A DNA stretch of 64,000 nt from Octopus vulgaris. Taxonomy: Eukaryota. Under the pieces are notes generated by a model. The model did not search any database. It was not told the origin of the DNA and saw only the letters and a program-made list of their open reading frames with translations. The stretch lies in assembly GCA_951406725.2 (NCBI GenBank), contig OX597816.1, forward strand, positions 69,502,001 through 69,566,000, given 5' to 3'. This document shows, in pieces, positions 24,538-39,166 of the stretch; position 1 is the stretch's first letter; each line of letters begins with the position of its first letter. Position numbers and translations under genes: made by a program.

Positions 24538-26370
24538 CTACTTTATTTCATAAATATTTGCCATGAAGGCATTACAAAGAGGGGACGAAGAAGGACAAAC
24601 ATAAAAGAGTGAAGAAGCTGTAGCGATTAGATATTTACCATTTAAAAATACAATAATTTAATAAATATGTTTATAACTTTTGACTTAAGCGTTGCTCATT
24701 ACAAATGAAATTTGTAATAGCTTCTCTGAAGGATAGACATCCGCCCCCCAGGGTGGATCCCTTGCCTTTTCTTTCCTGTTTTTGGCTTCCACTTACTTGG
24801 TGCCAAACACTCCCAGCTTCCTTGCCACAGGCTTCCATCTTCTCATGAATCTGTCTCGTGACAGGTACCTTTTCTCCAGCCTGATCATATTACTGAGGTG
24901 GTAACTAAAAAAAGTTAACCAATCCCTGGCCGGATACAAAGGTACCCGACACTATGCCTCTCACACGCGTCTTCCATACTGTTTCTTTCAGTATGGCTAC
25001 TACGCAGAAAAAGCAAGCCTTCCTTTCCCTGTTAAGGGAAGGCGGTGGCACAATCTCGATGATAGATTCAGCTGATAACTATACTCTTGCCGCCGATGAC
25101 AACAGTTGCTCTGCGAAAAATATCAGTTTCGTTAATTCCGGGCATTCCACAAATGCGTGCAAGACGGTTTCTCTGTCCTGCCCGCACCTCGGACATGTCA
25201 GCGAGACAGCACTTCCGTGCCTTGACAGTATATGACGAAGGAGTAATGCCACACGGAAGCAATGCCAAGCCAGAAATTTCTGATAATTTTCCAGATACCC
25301 CGGCCCAAAAGTTCACCGGAACAGGTTGATTAACTGATTTCATCGTAGCCCAGGATCTCTCCCACTAAACAACTATAGAAATCTGCAGTGGAACTACTAT
25401 TGCCGGCATTGCCCGCCCGAGAGAGTAGCTGAAGTGCCTGGCGGCACTCCAATTGCCAGACCCCCAGCCTAGGTCGCTGCTTGATCCAATTACCAATGTC
25501 CGTTATGGAGGTTAATTGCGGAAGGTAGAACCGAGCGTGCGGTGACCTCACCTGCTCTCCATCTAGGTAAAGCCAGAGGTGCCTCAACCTTAACGCGAAT
25601 TTTCGCATCCTCAGCCACGGCATCCCTAGCCTACCCTTCAGCGGCTTCTGGCAGCAGACAGAGCGCTTCACAAATAGCTTTCCTCTCTTCCACAAAAAGC
25701 GGAAAAGAATTCTCTCCAACTTGTTCAGCCACAAATCGGGGCAAGGCACCGTGGTCAGACGGTAGGTGATAAATGATGCTATAAACATCTGCACCACCTC
25801 CGCCTTTCCTAGCAAGGATAATACCCGCCCAGACCAGGTCTGGGTTAGAGCAGTCACCTTCCTGGCAACTTCTCTCCAATTTTTCTCTATCTGGAGTGAT
25901 AAATATACAGTTTCCCCAAAACGGGAAACCTATAATTTTTTTCGTCACAAGGACAACAGTTCAAATCTCACCCGCGCTAGGGGCGGGTGCCATAAAAGAG
26001 CCTACAACGGCTAAAATTTTATTTTTCATGCAATAATAAAGTGCTTTTCCCAAAAAACGGGAAACCTATAATATTTTTCCTCTTAATGAGGATAACAGTT
26101 CAAATCCCACGCCTGCTGAGGGGTGGGGGCACGGCAATAAAGCCTACAACGGCTTTAATAAGTTCAATATTAATAATATTAATAAGTTCAATAATAATTT
26201 TTTCAATATTTCAACAATTACTTTCTCCCGTCACCGGAAAAAAGCACAAATATTTTCAAAGCTCAACAGTTCGAAAATATTCAACAATGAACGATTCCAA
26301 TAGAAAAAATTTTCCAACGTTCAGCAAAACGTTTGACTCACCGCCATAAGAACAAGTCTGTCTACGACAA
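24538..26370 (-). mobile_element. L1/Tx1-like LINE remnant (ORF2 C-terminal part plus probable 5' UTR), inserted in a SINE
   Basis: Minus frames: WSGRVLSLLGKAEVV, LERILFRFLW, PLKGRLGMPWL, and CCHC finger LTCPRCGQDRETVLHAFVECP; AATAAA at the 3' end near 24545. Confidence 0.85.
25910..26158. repeat. Two diverged tandem monomers of about 135 bp
   Basis: Both contain aaacgggaaacctataat...aacagttcaaatc...agcctacaacggct. Confidence 0.8.
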
Positions 26371-27279
26371 AGATAAGCATGCTACTTACCACACAGCCAC
26401 TCCTATGACTATTCTTACCACACAGTCACTCCTACGCCTATAGAGGATAAACTGACAAAATCAAGGTTTGAACTCAGAGAATTGAGAGCCTGTATGAATA
26501 CTACGCTAGACCCAATCCACTTCTCTAACTAATCGATCAAAATAATTTCAAAGTGGAAAAATATTTTACTGAACACTTTGAAAACTTCCTGCTTATTAGC
26601 TTATATCACCGTCGATGATATATTTCATACGTTAAAAATGCGTTTCTTCAAAGAGTCTAACATATTTGTGGAGCAGCTGTAGAGATTTATTATCATATTA
26701 TTTATGCATTCAATTTTTACTATGACAACATCATTCCTAGGATTATAAACAAATATACGATCCATGTAATGGGAATTTCAATCCATATAGAACGACGAGT
26801 ACTAATGCAGCAAGTCCTTTACCCTTCATTTTCTAACATTTTTACGAAACCAAATAACACGATTTAAAACGAGAAAAATAAATATAAAATAGAATAAAAT
26901 ACTCAAATAGATTTCTATATGGATAATATTATTGATCAGAATCCGACTCAAAGTTTTCAATAGATTTTGTAAATTTCTATAATGAATCCTTTTAAAAATA
27001 CGTTTATAGTCAACATAACGGTTATAAAGTCGGGCTTCAATACAAAGTTGCTGATAATAAAGGAAAATTTTAAATACATATAGAAAATATACAAAAAATG
27101 TCTTCTCGATAATATTATAAAAGTAGCATTTGAAATGTTGCTTTGACTCAGATAAAGAACATAAATATCATCGATTCGGAGCACAACAGCCACGGTACAC
27201 GGAGATGCATATGTTTCATTGTGATGATATAATCAAAAAAATGTTGCACGTGAGAATAACACATCTTCAATATAAAAAT

Positions 27280-28400
<1,121 letters not shown>

Positions 28401-29210
28401 GATTGATTGATTGACTGATTGATTGATTCTAGTTTCAACTTATGAGCTGTGGCCATGCTGGGGCACCGCCATTTGGTGTTGCTACTTGGTTTCACTTCAC
28501 GAAAGCTTTCTAGCAACTGCCATTTGGTGCATGAGAGAGTTCGATGCAGCTGCCCTCATCTGCCCCTCCTGCCGTGAAGTTAGTTCATCTGGGACACCTG
28601 ACAGGAAGAGATCCAGCTTCATTTTAAAGACATCTGCATCCACCCCATGCAGGTCTCTCAGGTTCTTCGGGAGGATATTGAAGAGCTGTGGGCTTCGGAA
28701 GCCCAGGCTATCACAGAATCTTGTCCTACATCTTGATGGCAAGTTTGGAGTCCTAGGCACCACGCAGTGGCGCCCAGTTCTGGCATTTGCGTAACTCTCG
28801 ATGCCAAAGTTCAGGACACGTCCCTCCAGGATCTTCCAGATGTATATTATGGCATATCTTTCCCGCCTACGCTCCAGGGAATATAGTTTTAATCTCTTGA
28901 GTCTTTCCCAGTAGCTTACATTCTGCATAGAGGCTATCTTCTTCGTGTAGCTACGTTGGATCGCCTCGTGCTCTGTGATCAACTTGACACTGGATGGTGA
29001 CCATAACTGAGAGCAGTAGTCAAAGTGGTTTAGGACAAGTGTCCTCCAGAGGACCATCATGTTTTCTTGTTCTCTTGTTCTAAAGGTTCTGAGGATCCAT
29101 CCGGCCAGTCGTCTACATTTCATTGCCAATTTAGCAACATGTACACGAAAGGTCGCGTCATCACTCATGTAAATACCTAGGTCACGCACTGATTGTGCCT
29201 CTGGGATTGC
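28401..29210 (-). mobile_element. 5'-truncated CR1-group LINE (RT C-terminus, 3' UTR, (AATC)n tail)
   Basis: Open frame VRDLGIYM...GWILRTF...DYCSQLWSP...SYWERLKRLKLYSLERRRER, ending at 28497; simple-repeat tail 28401-28428. Confidence 0.92.
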
Positions 29211-29381
29211 TATACACACATATATATATATATATATACACATATATATATATATATATAGACATATATATAAATATATATAAAGTTAATCCAAACAAGA
29301 AAACACAGAAAAAAACACAGCAACGCGAGGACGTGGAACAATTAAAGTATTATTTAACGCTCAGGAAAGAAGGGAAGGAGG

Positions 29382-29416
29382 GTTTAACGTTTCGAGCGGA
29401 GCTCTTCGTCGGAAAC
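29382..29416 (-). ncRNA. Minimal type I hammerhead (CCGACGA core) in a PLE-type module (about 29283-29490)
   Basis: Reverse strand: gttt-CCGACGA-a-gagc(tcc)gctc-GAAAC-GT-T-aaac; all stems pair. Confidence 0.7.
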
Positions 29417-29507
29417 AAAGGAGAAGGAAAGATCCCGAGAAGGGAAGACAGAGGAAAAAATATTTTTGCTGGTGGTGCGCAAGAGATCACATATATATAA
29501 CTTATAT

Positions 29508-29582
<75 letters not shown>

Positions 29583-29622
29583 CTGCAGGTCAATATATAT
29601 ATATATATATATACATACATAC

Positions 29623-29785
29623 AGTGGCTGTGTGGTAAGTAGCTTGCTAACCAACCACATGGTTCCGGGTTCAGTCCCACTGCATAGCATCTTGGGCAAA
29701 TGTCTTCTGCTATAGCTCCGGGCCGACCAATGCCTTGTGAGTGGATTTGGTAGACGGAAACTGAAAGAAGCCAGCCGTATATATG

Positions 29786-29816
<31 letters not shown>

Positions 29817-30028
29817 TTGTGTGTCTGTGTTTGTCCCCCTAGCATTGCTTGACAACCGATGCTGGTGTGTTTATGTCCCCGTCACTTAGCGGTTCGGCAA
29901 AAGAGACCGATAAAATAAGTACCGGGCTTACAAAGAATAAGTCCCGGGGTCGATTTGCTCGACTAAAGGCGCTGCTCCAGCATGGCCGCAGTCAATTGAC
30001 TGAAACAAGTAAAAGAGAAAAAGAGAGT

Positions 30029-30029
<1 letters not shown>
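29623..30029 (+). mobile_element. SINE family B, near full length, with internal TA/TG microsatellite and CR1-like 3' end
   Basis: tRNA-like head AGTGGCTGTGTGGTAAG...GGGTTCAGTCCC; 3' end ggcgctgctccagcatggccgcag. Confidence 0.9.
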
Positions 30030-30074
<45 letters not shown>

Positions 30075-30459
30075 ACATGCATATACATACATATATATAC
30101 ATATATATACATACATACATATATATACATATATATACATACATACATATATATATACATATATTTACATATATATATACATATATATATATATATGTAT
30201 ATATATTTGTATTTATGTTTGTGGTGGGGTCTGCATTAATGGATCTTAACCTATATAGAAATATGTTGAAATCAAATTAAACCATATCTGATAAAGAATT
30301 TACCACGTATAGTAAAATATTTATTTATAATTTTCGTACATAAATACACACATGCATACACTCAAAGACACCAAAAAAACTCATAAACACAACGTGAGAG
30401 AGAGTGAAACGACGAAAGACAGACAGACATACAGACAGACAGATAGACAGGTATATAGG

Positions 30460-30460
<1 letters not shown>

Positions 30461-30552
<92 letters not shown>
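30461..30552. repeat. (GATA)n microsatellite
   Basis: Directly visible. Confidence 0.97.
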
Positions 30553-31112
30553 GGTGAGCTGGAAGTTTAGTTACTGCGTAACACTTACATCATTTCTTCC
30601 AACTTAACGTTTCGCGTTCAAATATCACCGGAGAATACTTCGTTGTTTATCATTTCGGTGCCGATAAAATAAATTGAATACCGGGGTTGATGTAACCGAC
30701 CTATCTCCATCTCCGAAACTGCCGGCTTTGTGCCAAAATTTGAAACCGAGATATAGATTAGTAGACAGATTGTTTATATTTAACTGTATGTGCATATGTG
30801 TGTATATGAATGTGTTTTCACTTACACCTTCGCGTGTTCGCGTATGTATGTGTGTATGTATATATCGTTGTATTTATATATTATAGATGGACATTACTTA
30901 ATCACCCCCCACAAAGGAACATCGATTCTCTCTTTTCGTTAACTGCATTAGTGACAGTTTAGACAGTCGTCGTCATACTTCCATACTGAATTCCACTTTA
31001 ATAAGATAGCAGCTTAACATGATGAAATATATTATAATAACTATGATATAAAATAATTTCAGACAGGAAAACATTTTTGCTGAACACTTTGAAAACGTTC
31101 TGCTGTTGATGA

Positions 31113-31405
31113 TTTTGTTTGTTTGTTTGTTTGTTGAGTGAAGCGGTCTTCATCCCATTAGTGGGAGAAGTCCGAAACGTGGTCCTTTGTTATTCGTAAG
31201 ACCCGCCGAAGAGAAAGCAGGTCAACCCCCGACACCGAGAGCATCGACGAATGGATGAATGCGCATCCAGGATCAGCGGTTGCGTAGGAAGTCGGGGACA
31301 AGAAACAGGAAGAAAGAGTGAGAGAATTTGGGGCCAAAAGAGTACATCAGGGGTCGCCACCAGCCCCTGCCGGAGCTTCGTGGATCTTTAGGTGTTTCCG
31401 CTCAA
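31113..31405 (-). mobile_element. 5'-truncated SINE family C, tail type 3, with 12-bp TSD
   Basis: Homologous to 52692-52980; TSD tgctgttgatga at 31101-31112 and 31406-31417; (AAAC)n tail. Confidence 0.88.
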
Positions 31406-32206
31406 TGCTGTTGATGACAACTTTCATTTATTAAAAATTGTGTTCTACCAGCCAAAACTATATGAATATTGTTGTGGATATATGTGGTAAAAATCGTTCC
31501 CTGAGAAGCTTTATGGATTTTAGTATAACTTTCGTGCGCGGAGCCTTACTCAATTTCATTTCTAAGGTAACCGCTGACGTACCGAAGCATTAATGAGCAA
31601 AATATGCGGAAATAATTAGAGAGACAATACTAAAGAGACAATAATTGGACCTTGTTGGAAGCCTTAATCCAACATCAGCTTCACAACCATCATCCAGTAC
31701 ATAGATACCTATAAAAGATTCCAGTTACTGGCACTTTGAAATGAACAGCTGACGGTGCCCTTCTATCTCTGACTATGCTATTAAAACGTCACTTAGTGTA
31801 ATCCAGAATTTTCAAATCAATAGGTCAGAGGGGAGTAATGATCTATTTATGAAATCCTTTAGGATTTCATAGCACCAGACACTTGGTAACCATCGCGTTG
31901 TATCTGAATCATTTCAAATATCAACAACACAAGCCATTAAGCCTTTATGAAATACTCTGCCGTTTCTATAATTTGTAAGATGGAGCAGCCAAATGTTCAC
32001 AAAATCACACTGCATAGTTATAGTCGAAAACAAAACACATTAATTAAAAGAAAAAGACTCCCAAATCCATCCAGACCTGAAGTGCTTTTTAGCATTGAGG
32101 TGGTAGTGGATACATGCCATTCGAGAGTGATGACTGAAGAATCGAAAGAACTGTATCAACTGTTCTTGAATTAAAATGTTAGTACCTGAGCATTCCATTG
32201 GCATTT

Positions 32207-32580
32207 GTGAGCTGGCAGAATCGTTAGCACGCCGTGCGAAATGCTTAGTGCTATTTCGTCTCTCTTTATGTTCTAAGTTCAAATTCCGCCGAGGTCGACT
32301 GAGCCTTTCATTCTTTCGTGGTCGATTAAATAAGTACCAGTTATGCACTGGGGTCGATATAATCGACTTAATCCGTTTGTATGTCCTTGTTTGTCCTCTC
32401 TGTGTTTAGCCACTTGTAGGTAGAAAAGAAATAGGTGTTTCGTCTGTCGCTACGTTCTGAGTTCAAAATCTGCCGAGGTCGAGTTTGCCTTTCATCTTTT
32501 CGGGGACTATAAATTAAGTACCAATTACGCACTGGAGTTGATGTAATCGATTAGTCCCCTCCCCCAAATTTCAGGCCTTG
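32207..32580 (+). mobile_element. SINE family A, partial tandem dimer
   Basis: Second headless unit starts at ggtgtttcgtctgtcg (about 32434). Confidence 0.85.
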
Positions 32581-33071
32581 TAATCCTAATTTATTTTATG
32601 CCTTTGTACTCTTAATTTATTTCAGGCCATTGTACTCTTAACTTATTTCCAGTATGACGCAGTATTTCACAATGGTGTACACATTACATTGTAGCTACAG
32701 AACCCCATCAAGTACTTCTCTCACAAGCTATGGCTCACGATAGCACTCAATGGGTATACTTTCTCAAGGTTTACTCACGGTATCATTTAATGGGACTTTA
32801 TGATTGCCAAGGCAAATTTCTTCAAAATTCTGCCAAATTGCACCTTCGCGATTTTGGAGATTTTGGGGACACAAACGCATCGGGGAAGTTCGATAACGAC
32901 ATCCCCTTTTCTTTAAATACTTAACATGGAGAAATATATGCACCTACGTCAAGTACATACCTGCGAATTTTCGTATGCATCATTGAAAATGCTGCGCCTT
33001 GAATATGGACGCAGCTGATAAACAAAGATACATCTCACCTTAAGGAAGCCAAAGAGCAAATTTTCAAATCA

Positions 33072-33218
33072 ATAGGTCGGAGAGGAGTAATGATTTATTT
33101 ATTAAATCCGTTGCAATATTCAGGTAGACTTACATCCCAGCCTATTTCGCGGGGATGTAAGTGTACCTGAATATTGCAACGGAATAAATAAATAAATCAT
33201 TACTCCTCTCTGGCCTAT
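33072..33218. repeat. Inverted repeat, about 67-bp arms, 13-nt spacer, next to TA repeat
   Basis: ataggtcggagaggagtaatgattt...tacatccc / gggatgtaag...aaatcattactcctctctggcctat. Confidence 0.92.
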
Positions 33219-33890
33219 ATCATATATATATGCATACATACATTGTGTGTTTAGAAGGAGATATTATCCAAGAGGATACCTTTGGTAGCTCTCAGTTATG
33301 TTCTAGGTCTAGGATAACTGCATCATTTACTGCATCATTTACTATCACATATAAATATGCTGTATGCCATGGTGAAATAAAAGGAAATATTTTTTGAAGA
33401 TATACCTGCCCTCGTTGTTTTTATTATAACTATTTCTAATATATATACATTTGTATGTATCTGTATATACGTGTAAATATGTGTGTGTCCACACAAAGCG
33501 CACGCGCGCCTCTGGCTGTCCAGAACACGAAATGTGAGTAAATTACTTAAGGTTTCAATTCGTATTTCTTCATAGAACATTGAATCAGGCGCCTTATAAA
33601 TGGCATGTTCCCCATTTCCCAAAAAGAGAGAGAAAAGTTAATAGATTATTTGCTCACTAAATGATTTCTGTGTAGTCACTGAACTCACTTTTCTATTAAT
33701 ATTGAGAGCTTTTGCATTGAGCAGAAATATTTATATTTATGTCAAATCGCTATCCATGTATATTTTCAGATGTATATAATGATATCATACCTTGCCTGTG
33801 CATCAAGTCACCATATATATGTTTCTGTGTGTATGTAAGATCTACACACACAAAAACGCACCCACATTCCATGTCCACTCTTACACATTT

Positions 33891-33954
<64 letters not shown>

Positions 33955-33981
33955 GTATATATGTGTGTGTATATATATATA

Positions 33982-34735
33982 CAGGAGTTGGACAAAATAA
34001 TAGAAACACCTAGCATCATAGCATCATAATTTTGAAATATCTATAACACTGTCAAAAGCTTGTTTATTTTTGTTTTTTATCTATAATTAGTGTTCTTTAG
34101 TATTCTATGCTAAAATTGCTGTTTCTTTTCAGATATCATCAGAAAAAGGTAACTAAAATTCATTAAAATGACAGATCTATCGGACTTTCAAAGAGGTCAA
34201 ATTTTTCGTGCTGGTATGGCAGGCGTTAGCGTAACCAAAACAGCCGAAATGCTTAGTGTATCAAGAAATACTGTCTTGAAAGTAATGACAGCCTTTGAGG
34301 AAGAAGGAAAAACCTCATCGTCGAAACTAAATTCCGGAAGAAAATCAAAACTGTCAGATGGGGACCATCGGACTCTTATGCGAATTGATAGAAAGGATCA
34401 CAAAAGTACAGATCGCAAATTTACTGCAGAACTTAATGACTACCTCAGGAACCCAGTCTCTACAAAAATTGTTTGCCGAGAGCTGTACAAAGCCGGATTT
34501 CACGAGAGGGCTGCATTCAGAAAACCACTACTTTCAAAGACAAAATTTGCAGTGCGTTTAGAGTGTAGTAACAACCTACAGAATTGGTTCCTAGAGCAGT
34601 GGAAGAATGCTATTTTCTCAGACGATTCATCATTTACCTTTTTTCCGACCACCGGCCGAGTATTCGTGTGGAGACAGCAAAAAGAAACATTTGATCCAAC
34701 TGTTAAACATGGAGGAGGACCTGTGAAGATCTGTG
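33982..34735 (+). mobile_element. Tc1-like transposon, left TIR and 5' two-thirds of transposase (ORF 34168-34767), 3'-truncated
   Basis: TA|CAGGAGTTGGACAAAATAATAGAAACAC start; MTDLSDFQRGQI, SGRKSKLS, RKPLLS, WKNAIFSDDS, PTVKHGGG. Confidence 0.9.
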
Positions 34736-36914
34736 TATGTTTCAAGATGAAACCAATACTGCCATAATGATATCTATATTGGATTCTTGGAGGCGTGAAG
34801 ACTGACATGTCAGTATTTATTACTTTACAATTATCTATTTATTTATGTTTTATAATTGTTTTACTTTTGAAACACACTCTTCAGAATACACATTTGTTAT
34901 AACTAAGATGTAATTCTCTGTGATTTTGAGTGAACCTCTGATTAGTGATTAATTTTATTTTGAAATTTTAACACGTGTGATTTTTTGAGTGTAGTTTACA
35001 GTGGAATAAAATATTATACATACATTATACATCTTTGATAAAGAAAGTGTCTAAGTATGTTAAAATCTCACGCAACCCTTATGTATTTGACATTGCGATC
35101 ATATTCACGGCAGATAACGAAATATGAAGTTCTATATGCCTCATTAATTTCTGCTGCCAACGTTTTATGTTCTACTGGCATGATAGGAACTTGACGATAA
35201 TTCACCAACCATCCCTTTTGCCTTACTACCATTTTTCAAACGCCTTCTTGCAACGATTTAATGTGATAGCTGTAAATATGAGTCTGGCGTAATTACGTTC
35301 TGAGTACCGCTTTGATGCGGATGACTCTTAACAGCAGTGTCACTACTATATTTGAAAGTTTGGCTTCGACCAAATCAGATACATAGTGTTGTATTTCCTA
35401 TGCACATCCGTAGATATTTATTTTTATATCCTGTGTTCTAGCCGTCGTTATTTTTATTATCATTGTCGTTTTGACTGTGACTTAGAAACGGCTTCATCAA
35501 ATTGCACGAGAGTAATGGCCAGCAGAATTTCATTCAAAAAAAAAAAAAAGAAAGAAGTTGAACATGTTACTTGAAAGAGACAGGAATTAGACTAGAGCCT
35601 CATCTTCATAGCGAATGACAGATGTAAGGCGGGAAGTGAGATAAGATTGAGATATGATATCAGTATGAGGGACAAAATAGGGGAGAGGAATGAAATATGG
35701 TTGATGTGGATTATGGTTGGGAAAATGCAGATTGAAATATGATTAGTATGTTACTACAAGGCAGGCCGTGTATAATATGAATTAGATAGTAACTGCAGTT
35801 GCTGTTAAAACGGATACTAACTCTTTCATCCTCTCTCTCCTTCTTCTTCCTCTCTCTCTATCTGTCTTAGTGGAGATCAATAGGATAGCAAGTTAGATAT
35901 GAGATGTAAAAGAAGCAACCAGTAGGATCGTCATGGATGGAGAGAACATAAAGCATAAAAGTGATGCAAAGGATTAATGCTAAAATGCATATTCTATTTG
36001 CTGCTCTAAACAGTAGGACTCCGTATCTTTGAAAGAAGTTGACTTTAGCATTCAACGAAACACTTGTTTATTTCACACTTCCGATGTTGCCCTCTGTATT
36101 TTAATATTCTCGACGTCCGTTAATTTCACGGTTCTAATACTATCATATACATTGTATTATTATTTTCTGGTGTACAAAATTGCAAATTGCATAGTAAAGA
36201 GGTAGAAGTTTTGGGTATGAACACAATATATGAAAAATGCTATTACTGTGTGACGAGTAAAATCGTCCTTCTACCAACATAATGAATTTCCAAAATTGAT
36301 ATTTATAATGTAAAGTAAAATATTACTATAACCATGTAAATTGGCAATAATTGCAGAATTATAAATACTAATATGATATCATATATCTTTGCTTAATGTT
36401 CACTGTTATAAAACTAGAATATACTTCACGGCTCTCTGTTTCTATTCGTAAATATTTCAGGTAATCATAATTAAATTGCTTTCTGACATGTAAGACGTAA
36501 TGAGAAATTTATTAGGAGAAAGTACTTACAAATAATGTACAATACAGCTAATATTATAATTTGGAGTATTTACTTCATATATAACGTATCTTCTCTTCAA
36601 AATGTCTATATAAATATGAACCACATTTGCTTATATTAAGATAAACATAAATTGTATCCTGCAGTTCATTTAATCCATTACTGATATTTCAATATCAAAT
36701 TATAGATTCGTTATTGAATAAACAAAATTTTATATAGAAAGCGATATAATGTTGTGCATAACTTTATATAAATTTTTAGATACATTATCCATTTGTAAGT
36801 ATAAAATTATAGTTTTTTATATACATTTTACTTTACAATACTTTTAGGTACATATAAAATTTGTGATACATATTTATATATACATACACATACAGAGACA
36901 CGCAGGCACATATA

Positions 36915-36965
<51 letters not shown>

Positions 36966-37109
36966 CACACACATATATATATATATATATTCATATGTAT
37001 GTATATCATGTACATATATGTATATAATACATATCTCTAAAGATATGTCTACGCAAATGTTTATATACATATATCTCCATAGATATGTTTACGCAAATAT
37101 TTAAATACA

Positions 37110-37352
37110 TATATCTATATATACAAACGTTAGTTTCTGTGTGTTTGTTACCAACGTAGTGCCTACACCACCGAACCGATATTCACGAAACTTTGCATAC
37201 ATGTGACACTAACATCCGGTTCAATAATAGGTTAATTGTAATTCACTAAAAATCATTAATATGGCACCTAAGGGCGTTGGGTGAATTATATGATAAAATA
37301 GGAAGGTTGCAAAAAGTATAAGTCTGAGGTAGTAACAGAGCGAAAGCTAGTA
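37110..37352 (-). mobile_element. Possible non-autonomous Helitron/Helentron-like remnant
   Basis: ccgaaccgatattcacgaaactttgcatacatg and terminal gcgaaagctagt resemble DINE/HINE-type elements; related sequence at about 38070-38160. Recognition only. Confidence 0.35.
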
Positions 37353-37629
37353 TCAGTGAGTGGGTGACTTATATCAATGAAGGCAATAACAGCGGTGTTA
37401 ATGTGATGGTAACGTAAATAAAGCTGTCATATATACGAAACGCTGCATGCATACTTTCATCAATACACATATACAACACACAAAACAAACACACATACAT
37501 ACAGAGAAAGGTGGATGTGAGGAATACGTAGCTTTAAGGAGAGAAGGGGCTGTTGAATTTTCTGCACTCTATCGCAATGAAACACTCACATACATATATT
37601 CATACATACATACATAAATACATACATAG

Positions 37630-37912
37630 GAGTACTCCGTCGGTTACAACGACGAGGGTCCCAGCTGATCAACGGAACAGCCTGCTCGTGAAATTAATGC
37701 ACAATTGGCTGAGCACGTCACAGATACCTGTACTTTTAACGTAGTTCTCAGGGATATTCAACGTGACACAGAGTGTGACAAGACTGGTCCTTAGAAATAC
37801 AGGTACTACTCATTTTTGCCAGCTGATTGGACTGGGGCAACGTGAATTAAAGCGTCTTGCTCAAGAACACAACGCGTCGCTGGTAATTGACCTCACAACC
37901 TTACAATCGTGT
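37630..37912 (-). mobile_element. SINE family D
   Basis: Reverse-complement homolog of 45594-45913. Confidence 0.85.
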
Positions 37913-38595
37913 CTGCTATAAGCCATTTTAAACTAGTGATTACCTGTGTGTATGTTATAAATTTGTACGTGTACGAGCGTGCGTGTGTGTCACGTCCTAT
38001 TACTGTCTGCCTCTCTAAATTTCTGCATCATCCATATTGCTGTCACAAACGATGAGATTTTAAAATTACATGAAAATTTTCAAATTTGGTATATTGAAAT
38101 AATTTTCCGCGTTATATATTTACTCCTAACATCCAGTTGAATTATAGGTGAATTGGAATCTAATTATACAAGAATGTATAATGAACCCCCTAGGGAGGTG
38201 GGGCCTGTAGCATATGTTTACAAATCAGCTACGATAAGTTACGACACGTGACAACGCCAGCTACAATACGCGGAATATTTGTCAGTGTATTTGTGAATCT
38301 ATCTTTTTATCTAACTTATTTTACTAACATGCGTACTCGTTTGTTAAAATAATATAGGGACATTCCTTATTTTCCCACTAATCGAATTAATAGTTTAAAA
38401 TACCTATTTTTAGCTGTAAACTATCACCATAAACGACGAGTCGGGCATTAAGACGGGAACTGAACAGGAAACGGAATAGGACATAGAGCAGTGTAATGGT
38501 AAATTGAAACTGGTGATAAGCCCCGCTACCCAGGTATTACACGTCAACTCATTTATTTTACTCAGATGCATATTCGCTTGTTAAAATAATATACT

Positions 38596-38805
38596 TTTCT
38601 ATGCTAGGCACAAGGCACGACATTTTGGAGGAGGGCCCAGTCGAGTAGATCGATCCCACTGCGCATCTGGTACTGAACGTATCAACCCCGAAAGGATGAA
38701 AAGGAAAGTCGACCTCGGCGGAGTTTGAACTCACAACGTAAAGACAGACGAAGTACCGCTAAGCATTTCGTCCAGCGTGCTATCGTTTCTGCCAGCTCGC
38801 CGCCT
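38596..38805 (-). mobile_element. SINE family A
   Basis: ccccgaaaggatgaa...aaagtcgacctcggcgg...gccagctcgccgcc. Confidence 0.88.
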
Positions 38806-38900
38806 TCTAGAAGTTTTATATATTGACATAAGATTCAGGACAGGAATGGGAAGTGGAAATAACCCTTGCTTTTCTGGGTATTACCGGCTAATTCAGATAG

Positions 38901-38965
<65 letters not shown>

Positions 38966-39016
38966 GCTTTATGAAAATAAACAAAAGACGAAGGCAGATG
39001 GAATACAAACAAACAA

Positions 39017-39067
<51 letters not shown>

Positions 39068-39166
39068 TAACGGGAAGCTTTATGAAAATAAACAAAAGAC
39101 GAAGGCAGATGGAATACAAACAAACAACTGTATTAGTATGGCGCTCAGGAATATAAATAAACCAAG

